Assembly: GCA_043228905.1 (NCBI GenBank)
Contig: JBHGNT010000001.1
Span: 24,924,001 to 24,988,000, forward strand
Length of the DNA: 64,000 nt
Direction of reading: 5' to 3'
DNA from: Azolla caroliniana
Taxonomy: Eukaryota; Plantae; Polypodiophyta
In this document: positions 26,230 to 35,900 of the stretch, piece by piece
Numbering within the stretch: the first letter of the stretch is position 1
How the letters are laid out: every line of letters starts with the position of its first letter
Position numbers and translations under genes: made by a program
Notes under the pieces: generated by a model
Told to the model about the DNA's origin: nothing
What the model saw: the letters and a program-made list of their open reading frames with translations, nothing else
The model's database searches: none

Positions 26230-26685
26230 TGTTAGAGTTATATCCTAATGTAAGCATGAGATAGGGATATAATATATAGATAAATAAGAAAGGAGAGAGA
26301 GAACAAAGGGTGTCGATCCACCCAACCACCCCCAAGCAAAGGGATCAAGACGGACTCGAGCCTCAATCGGTGTCCCATACCACAGTTGTGGCGTCGAGTC
26401 GTACCTGGTACTGGCATGCTCGCTACAAGAGTTGGATCCACAAGAAGGACAGAGTCTCGACGTAGTCAAGAGAAATCAAATGAGGGTAGCTAGGCCTCAT
26501 ATTTATAGCCAAACCTAAGGCCCTCTAGCAAGTTCGCACTTGGCCTAATGGGTTGTCTCAATCCCAAGGATTAAAAGTAATCCTTCCCTTCTTTACACTC
26601 TCATTTAACCCTCACACTTTATCCACGTGTATAGAATACTACGGTAAAACTTACCACGGGATATTATATGATCATGCATGTAACA
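26230..26685. mobile_element. Solo LTR in intron 1 of the ParB-MTase pseudogene
   Basis: TGTTA...TAACA termini, 456 bp, perfect TSD ATGAC (26225-26229 and 26686-26690). Confidence 0.9.
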
Positions 26686-27330
26686 ATGACCGACTTCACA
26701 TTTCATATTTATTTCTTAGTCACAAAGTATACATGCATATTCAAGATTTGATGATACAAAAATTGGGCTTGCCAACATGGGAAGAAGTGGAATAAGCTTG
26801 CCCAATAACATCATCATATAAGGCATTGGAAGAATACTTCATTGTATTTAGAGAATGGGTAAGTGTCATTTCAATCTGAATAGATTGATTTTTTATGTTG
26901 TTTTCTTACAAAATCGATACTTGTAGAAACCACCTCGATCAAAGAAAGTTAGTGATAATAATGAAGGTATGAACCAAGTTCGTTCATCGCACACTTAGAA
27001 CGTGCTACGTATGAAATGAGAATGACAAAGGGAAAGGAGTTGGAATTGCCAAAGGACTCATAGACAGTGAAATGTTTTTTGCATAGAGTTGATCCTTTCA
27101 AACAATTACATTACTGTGTATTCAATGGGGAAGTGGCGAATATGCTCGAGCTATGCAAGAAAAGGCACTACACATTGGTTGTTGTTGACATACCATATGG
27201 ACTCTGGATCAAGGGATCCACGTACGATGATGTGCCTTTCAAGTACCCCTAGATCGATAAGATGGTAAAGGACTTCGCAGAGCCTGTTATGGAGAATCGT
27301 CATATTTCACAACATGGGTCAATTGTTATT

Positions 27331-27848
27331 AGTCACAACTACTCTGAAGTCATGGTGTCATACAACCGAACACATGCATTGGTGTGTTACACTTTGTTTT
27401 TTCACAATATGATATTAAAAGTCTTGTTCTTATAGGTTGCAAATTCAAATTTTAACTATTTCGTCTAATGTCAATAGGATTAAAATGAATATTACACATA
27501 GTCTCTATGACCGTATGGTTAGTGTGGTTGGACATCTTTGTGTGGGTTACGTGATCCCATCTCAAGGAGGGTGTATGTCGTTTGTTTATTGACTTGGAGA
27601 AGTCACAACTACTCTGAAGTCACGATGTCATACAACCGAACACATGCATTGGGGTGCTACACTTTGTTTTTTCACAATATGATATTAAAAGTCTTGTTCT
27701 TATAGGTTGCAAATTCAAATTTTAACTATTTCGTCTAATGTCAATAGGATTAAAATGAATATTACACTAGTGCGGTTGGACATCTTTGTGTGGGTTAAGT
27801 GATCTCGTCTCAAGGAGGGTGTATGCCGTTTGTTTATTGACTTGGAGA
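27331..27848 (+). repeat. Tandem duplication (270 bp plus about 248 bp)
   Basis: agtcacaactactctgaag...gacttggaga at 27331-27600 is repeated at 27601-27848 with a small internal deletion. Confidence 0.9.
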
Positions 27849-30800
27849 AACATTGTAAGAAAATGTTTTTGGACATTTTCAAACTCTTTCCAAGTAAATT
27901 TAGGGATGCTACCTCCCCATACTTCCACCCCATAAAGAAGCGTTGATATCTCTTCAAAATCCTCATCATTAGTCGACCCGTCAACCTCTTCTTTAGAGTA
28001 GACAAAAAGGTAACGTAAATCCTCTGTCAGGAATAGTACTGAGACAAAGAAGAAATTAGTACTAAGAGAGGAATATTAGTACTAAGAGGAATAGAGGGTG
28101 TAGAACACTCGGGAGAAGGAGAGAGAGAGAGAGATCAAGGGAGAGAAAATGATTATGACACCGATATATTATGTGAGAAGAATATACAAGGAAGGCTAGG
28201 AGGCTTAAGACTGGCATTGAACCGATTTGGTTCGAAATAATGCCTTGTGCCTCCTTTTATAGTGTTCTCATGAGTACTCCGGAAGTTTCTAGAATGTTCC
28301 AGAGAAATCTGGAATATACATCAATTTTCTATAATAAAACTTAAAGGAACATAATATTTTTTGTAAAAGCTTGACCCATGTAACATAAGGTCACGGGTTC
28401 GAGTCTTGCCATATCATGAAAATATCCCCCCCTTTAAAACGACGAGTGTCACGAGTCGTTTTGGAGTGAGGACCCGGTTTGTCTGGATATTGGCGATGGA
28501 AGTCTTCAAGAAGAGCACGAGCATTGGTCACATTCTTTATCGGTTCCCAAGTATGCTCGCTGGGAGTATATCCTAGCCAATCGACTAAATAGTAGAGCTT
28601 GTTGCGAACAATCTTGGAATCGAGGATGGCAGCAACCTCATACTCAGGTCCATCTTCAAGTTTGATTGGGGGTGGAGGTTGTGGAATATGTCCTGGGATG
28701 GTGGTGTCTTGATAGGGTTCGAGGAGAGAACTATGAAACACCGGATGTATGCGAAGTTGCGGGGGTAGATTGAGACGAAAAGCAACATCATTAATCTTTC
28801 CGATAATACGGAAAGGACCTAATCGCCGATAATCCAACTTCTCGCATGGGCGAGTAGTCTTGATGTGTCGTCGCAGTAGTCATACCCGATCTCCAATGTT
28901 AAAACTGGATGGAAGCCGATGACGATCCGCGTAAACCTTGTGTGTTTGTTGAGCTTGTTGTAAATGAGTGGATAAATCTGCTTGTATCTTGCGTAACCGC
29001 TCCAAACGATCCTCTACGCAAGGATTTGTGGGTAACTCTGGGGTTTCAAATACACACCACCGGGGGTGACAACCCGTATAAGCATAAAATGGCGTAACTT
29101 TAGTCGATGAGTGGACAGAGTTATTATAGGCAAATTCAGCGAAGTGGAGAATATCCGCCCAGTCATCCTGATGATAGCTTAGAAAGCATCGAAGATATTG
29201 CTCCAGCGTTTGATTTGTTTGTTCTGATTGGCCGTCGGTTTGCGGGTGGTAGCCGGAGGAGAGGTTACAAGTGACCTTGAGCATTTTAAAAAGGTGCTTC
29301 TAGAATTTCGAGACGAACTGGGGTCCACGGTCGCTAATGACATTATCAGGAAGGCCATGATGCCGACATACTTCACGCATGACAATTTCAGCGGTTTCTT
29401 CACTGGAGATTTCCTTAGTACATGGCAAGAAATGAGCCATCTTCGTATATCAATCTACTATTGTTAAAATCGCATTGAAACCCTTAGAGATTGGAAGATC
29501 TGTGATGAAATCTAGAGAAATGGATTGCCATGGCTTGCTTGGGATTGGTAATGGTTCTAATAAACCATATGGATGATGCCTTGGCATTTTTGCTCTGCAA
29601 CATGTATCACAAGTCCAAACAAAATCTTCGACAAATTGTCACATACAGGGCTACCAGAATGATCGTTGTACTAAATCTAATGTCTTAGTACTACCAAAAT
29701 GCCCAGTTGTATATGTGTCATGATAGTTTTGGACTACTCGAAAGCGGCAAGAACCATTAGGAACATGCAAGAGTTTCTTAAAGAGTAGTAATCCATCATG
29801 ACATTCGAATTGTCGATAGTCCGTACCTGATTATTGCGACTGTGAACAAGATGCTTGAGAGGGATCAATTTGTGCTAGAATGGCTTGGGCGGAAGCATCT
29901 GTCTTCAAGTCCTCATGTATGGTATCGATAACGTGGGAATTCAAGGGCATGCCGAAGACCTGTGTCGCTTGCAATCGTGCCAGTCCCAAGATTACTTGCT
30001 TTTGGTTATCGAAAGTTGGCTCGTCGGGACGCGGTGCTAGCTAGGAACGATGTGATAATGCATCTGCCTTCCCTTGGTGCTTCCCTGAACGATATGTAAT
30101 TTTGAAGTCGAAACGCGTGAGGAATTGGGCCCACCGAGCTTGACGTCGATTTAACACACGAGCACTTTAAAAGTAGGCAAGGTTTTTGTGATCACTGAAT
30201 ACAGTGACTTGATGAGAGGATCCCTCTAGAAAATACCTCCATTGTGTAAAAGAGTCCACTATTGCTAATAGCTCCTTATCATGAATTTCATAGTTGATTT
30301 CGGCGGCGTCAAACTTGCGTGAGTGGAAAGCCACAAGATGTAGCTTTTCATCATTACCTTGTTGTGACAGAATGCTACCCAATGCGAAATCCGACACGTC
30401 CACTTCCATGATGAATGGTTTTTCCAGATCAACGTGAGCTAGAATAGGAGCCAATGTAAATGCCTTCTTAAGATTCTCAAAAGCCATGTCCGCTTCTTCA
30501 GACCAAACGAATGATTGTCCCTTTTTAGTAAGTTGTGTGAGAGGCAGAACAAGCTTTGAGTAATCCTGTATAAACTTGCGGTAGAAATTGGCAAAGCCTT
30601 AAAAACATTGCACATCTCGCAACGAACGCGGAGTTTGCCACTCTACCACCATTTTGACCTTAGCTGGATTCATGGACATAGCCTAGAAATTCCACCTGGT
30701 TACACCCGAAACTACATTTTTCCAGCTTTGCATAAAGACCATGTTCTCGAAGTTGTTTTAGTACTAACAGTACATGAGAATCATGTTATTCTTGGGTCTT

Positions 30801-32655
30801 CGAATAAACCAGTAGATCATCCAAATAGATGATCAAACAAACATCCAAGAGATCTTGGAATATATCATTTGCCATGTGCTGGAAGACTGTTGGCGCATTA
30901 GTGAGGCCGAACAGAATGACCGTATACTTGAAGTGCTCATATCTGGTGCGAAATGCGGTCTTCCATTCATCTCCTGGTCGGATCCGTACGAGGTTATATG
31001 CTCCCCGTAAGTCAATCTTCGTGAAGAATCTTGCACCATTGATCCGTTCTAAAAGACTTGAGATAAGGGGAAGTGCATACCTATTTCTGACGGTGACCTT
31101 ATTCAAGCCACGGTAATCTACAATGAAACGAAGTGATCCATCCTTTTTCTTGACAAAGAAAATGGGTGCGCCGGCTGGAGATTTCGAGTGTCGAATGAAA
31201 CAATTTTCCAAATTCTCCTCTATATAGGCTCGAAGGATTTCTAGCTTGGTTGGTGACAAATTGTAGATCGGTCCCCATGGTGGCTCTTTTCCCGATTGTA
31301 AATCGATGGGGCAGTCATACGGTCGATGGTGAGGAAGCGTATTGGCTTGTACTTTATCTAACACATCGGCATAATGATTATACTTCTTTGGAAATTGAAC
31401 GGTGGACTCCTCTTTAGTGGTGTCAGAGGGTTTTACTGATATTACAAAGAGAAACATTTCTTCTTTGCGTCCTTCTTCCCGCAACTGATGTAGCGAAATG
31501 GTTGCAATCTTATGAGTAGATCCTCGGGCTTGTCGATACCGGATTTCTCTTGTTCTCCAATTTATGTCTGGGTTATGTATTTCAAATCATGATAATCCTA
31601 AAACAATGGGATGTTCTGGGATACTAATTATTTTAAATGATACTACACACACTAGATTATCTAGGACAATATTAACGGGCTCTGACTCTTCGATGATATT
31701 TCCGGAAGCAATGGGACGACCATCAATGACTACTACAGAGCCTGGACACGGGAGTTTTCTGAGAGATATCTTATGAGCTTGGGAAAAATTCCTATCCATG
31801 AAGCAAGAATAAGCTCCGGAATCTAGAAGTGCTAAGACATGTACTGGAGGGGTACTTTTAGTACTAACTGTTACTTGGGCTACGAACACATTGCTAACTT
31901 GCTTAGAGGGAATGGAACCACTAATGGGTTGCATAGATCTAGGGTTATCCAACCAAACGGCTCCTATTTTGGCTGAACTTAGTCGTTTAACTCTTCTTCT
32001 AACTGACTAAGGACATCAAATTTGTTCGCTAGATTTGGGCTATTAGTACTATTAGGACTATCAGATATTCCTACTGAAATAGACTCGGGTTTAGTACAAT
32101 TAGAACTAGAAACTATTTGGTTTACCTGTCTTCTTGGCCTATAGGGACAATTTACTGCAATATGCCCTGGTCCACCGCAATAAAGACATAGTCGATTTGC
32201 TCGACGTCGCTGCTTTTCTTCTTCCAATAATGGTCTGTGACGACATGTAGTGTCAATCTCCATCGGAGTTAGAGTATTCACTGGAGACGCATTATATGAC
32301 TCCCTCAGAAAAGGTTTCGCTACCACTAAGGCGTAGGTGGGCTCTGATCTTGCCCTTGGCATCTGGAATTGTCGTTTCGAACGTCGTTCAAAAAGGCAGT
32401 TGTCGCATCTCACTACATGACTAATTGCTTATGTTAATGACTTTGGTTCTTCGGGGAAGGTCAAGAGTAAATCCTTGACATCGTTGCGTAAACCATAACG
32501 AAATTGCTCCATCATCCCAAGGGATATCGGCGGCAAGTAGGCGGAAATCTGCAACGTATGCAGAGGCTGGATGATCACCTTGGCGTAATCGTCGGATTTT
32601 GTTGATTGTTGTCCTTATGTTGTCAGTATCTCCAAAACAGGCTTTAAACTCGCTA

Positions 32656-32941
32656 ATAAATTCTTTAAAATTGTTTAGTAATGGAGTTTCCTTTTCTAAC
32701 AACGGAGCGAACCATGCCAATGTTGAGCCACTAAATAGAATGCCTACTAGTCCCACTCGTGATGCATTGGTGGGATATCGAGAAGGATGCATTTGAATCA
32801 CTAAACGTACCTGATTCAAAAAACCTCTAAACTGTGATCGGGTCCCATCAAATTTTGCAGGAAGACCAATCTTGGGTTCTTTATGAATCCCTTGAGTGCT
32901 TGATCCTTGTTGTTGTAGTGATACAATAGTCGCTTCAAGTT
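32656..32941 (+). repeat. 286-bp direct duplication of host (chromovirus gag) DNA flanking the young Copia; second copy at 38285-38570
   Basis: ataaattctttaaaattg...cgcttcaagtt is identical at both positions by manual comparison. Confidence 0.93.
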
Positions 32942-35900
32942 TGTTGGGATTTCGGTCCCTTTCGGATGGGATGGTCGGATATCGGAGATGAATGCCGACA
33001 AGCCCGGTTTCGGTTTCGGATCCGGATAACGAAGACCCCGGCTTCGGTGCCGGATGACGAATGTACCCGGAGAGCGATCCGGATGCAGGGACATATCCGT
33101 GAATATGTTCGCTACGAGCCCCCTGAGGCTATAGTTGTAAATAGCCCAAAGTCATATAAGTATAAATATGACTTAGGGCAAACAGTTTTCCTGTTGCTTC
33201 TCATTTTTCTGTTTTTCCACTTTAGAGGAGTGAAGAGAGAGCAGCCGTGAGAGAGAGAGAGAGAGAGAGCGCGAGAGAGAAAGAGGTAGACGCCTCTGTG
33301 TATTTCCGCCGCCTGTGGCGAGGACAGCGAGCTCAAGGTCGTCGCCTTGGAGCTCGTCATTGTATACTTCTCTGTATAGTGTTGTTTGGAGTCTTGTACT
33401 CCCGTGGTTTTTCCCCGTTTAGGGTTTTCCACGTTAATCCTTGTGTACTCGCGTTTCTTCGTTTTGTTTCTACGTGTGTTTCCTATTTTCTGCTCCATTG
33501 ATCCGCGATTAATCGGTTGTGGCCGAGATAAGAAGGTGGATAGAAGGGTCTATTCCTTACAAACTGGTATCAGAGCGACTGTTGCAGAAAATGGAAGGCG
33601 GCGGCAGCGGGCAGCCGATGATGATGGTGCTGAATGCACAGAATTACGCCGACTGGAAGATCAAGATGGAGGATCTTCTGATTGTTCGGGACCTGTATGA
33701 ACCGATTGACAGGTCGGAAATACCGAAGGGGGTACTTGAGTCGGAGTGGAAGCTCCTGAACCGGAAAGCCGTAGCGACGATCCGACAATATGTCGACGTA
33801 AGCGTCCTGCAACATGTGGCGAACGACACCAACGCATACGAGATGTGGAAGAAGCTGTCTGGCCTCTATGAGAGGAAGAATGCGTTGAACCGGACCTCCC
33901 TGATGAGGAAGATTGTGAATCTCAAGTATCGGGACGGCGAGAGTATGGTGGAACACGTAAGCACGTTCATGGGATTCGTGAACCAGCTTGCGGCGATCAA
34001 GTTCCCGTTGGAGGATGCAATGCAAGCCATCATCCTGATGTGTACATTGCCGGAAAGCTGGGAGAACTTGGTGGTGACTCTCAGCACCTCGTGCACCGAA
34101 GATAACTTGTCCTTACAAACTGTAAAGACAAGTATTCTGAATGAAGAAGCGCGTCGGAGAGATAAGGAACCGGCCTCCGACCCGAAGATGCTGTTTACCG
34201 AATCGGATCGGGGAAGACAATGGAACCGGAGTCCGCAAAGACGGGAGAAGTCGGGGACCCGGTCGCAGTCAAGAGGAAGGCCCACATGCTTCCACTGTGG
34301 GAAGCCGGGGCACTTCCGAAAGAATTGTCGGCATTACCGAAAAGACAACGGAGCCGACGACACCGACTCGAAGAAGTCACCGGAGAGAAACGGTGCATAC
34401 CGGGGAGCCACGGACCGGAGAGGTTCGGATCGGCGAGGGCAAGACCGGAAAGGAACAACGGCACTCGCGGCAAGTGAGGAAGAAATCATGCTCATCACCG
34501 AAGAAGGTGAGCTAAACGTTGCCGGCGATGAGACGACCTGGGTGGTCGATTCCGGAGCATCGTTCCACCTGACCCCGGAGAGAAGATACTTCTCATCCTA
34601 CACAGCCGGCGAGCATGGCTGTGTTCGGATGGGAAATGAAGGTACGTGCCGGATTGCCGGCATAGGAGACGTGTGGTTGACAACCCCGACCGGATGCAAA
34701 ATGCTGCTGAAAGATGTCCGACACGTTCCGGAGGTCCGACTGAACCTGATTTCGGCCGGGAGGCTAGATGATGAAGGCTACACGGGTAGCATCCGGAACG
34801 GTGTCATGAAGTTCAGCAAGGGGAGCTTGATAGTGGTTCGGGCCCGGAAGGTCAACACATTGTACCTGATGAATGCCCGGTTATGTCCGGAAGAGCTGAA
34901 TGTGGCAGCCGACACTGCCGGTGAGCTGTGGCACAAAAGACTGTGCCACATGAGTGAGAAGGGGATGAAGAGGCTTGCAGAAGACGACCTCATCCCAGTG
35001 AAGCACGTGCACCTGGAGAAGTGCACCGATTGCCTGGCCGGTAAGCAGAACCGAACCTCCTTCCACTCAAGGCCACCGACGAGACGTAGCGCACCATTGG
35101 AGTTGGTGCACACTGACGTGTGTCAGGTAGAGACGAAGTCACATGGCGGAGCCCAGTACTTCGTAACATTCATCGATGATCATAGCCGAAAATTGTGGAC
35201 GGCACCGATGAAGACAAAGGACCAAGTGTTGTCCGTCTTCAAAGAACTCCATGCGAGAGTGGAAAGAGAATCCGGCAAGAAGCTGAAAGCGATACGAGCG
35301 GATAACGGAGGGGAATACCGAGGGCAGTTCCAGGAGTACTGTCGCTCGAAGGGAATCCGACTCGAGTTTACTGTGCCGAAGACGCCGGAACTGAACGGGC
35401 TGGCCGAGAGGATGAACCGGACCATAATGGAGCGGGTCCGGAGTATGCTGGCGCATGCGAAATTACCCAAGGGGTTTTGGGCTGAGGCAATGTCGACGGC
35501 GACATACGTGATAAACAGATCACCCTCAGTACCTTTGGACGGAGACACGCCGCAGAAAGTGTGGACTGGTAAGGAAGTGTCCTACCGGCATCTGAAGGTG
35601 TTCGGGTGTCTCGCATACGTGCATGTGGCAAAGGACCGGAGAGGAAAGCTAGATCCGAAGACCCGGCCATGCATATTCCTCGGTTACGGCGACGACGAGT
35701 TCGGCTACCGAGTATGGGACCCGGTCGACAAGAAGATATTCCGGAGTCGTGATATCATCTTCATGGAGAACAAGACGCTCGCCGACTGGGAGTCGGAGAA
35801 GAAGATGAAGAGCTCCAAGTCGACCGGTAAGGATCAACTCTACGAGGAGCAGTCCCGACCGGCAAGGGACCGGTTAGCACTCGAGGATCCGGCCGAAGAC

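Larger units (their letters stand above)
24698..27848 (+). pseudogene. Spliced pseudogene: ParB/Sulfiredoxin-like domain plus beta-class N6-adenine/N4-cytosine DNA methyltransferase (C-terminus missing)
   Basis: Manual translation gives one frame from about 25170 to 26174 with four TAG stops: LFHLPITSI*RP...YYVIGGSHSDEARRQL...KVYASLTHEEAKLLSWDHN (ParB-like). GT-AG introns at 26175-26719, 26859-26926 and 27382-27477; the first and third rejoin codons in phase. Then VFNGEVANMLELCKKRHYTLVVVDIPYG (motif IV, DIPY 27187-27198) and W|IKMN...RMVSVVGHLCVGY. Confidence 0.7.

Noticed and set aside
33519-33590. N-terminal extension of the 1381-aa ORF
   Set aside because: It starts at a GTG inside the LTR/PBS; the first ATG after the PBS is 33591.
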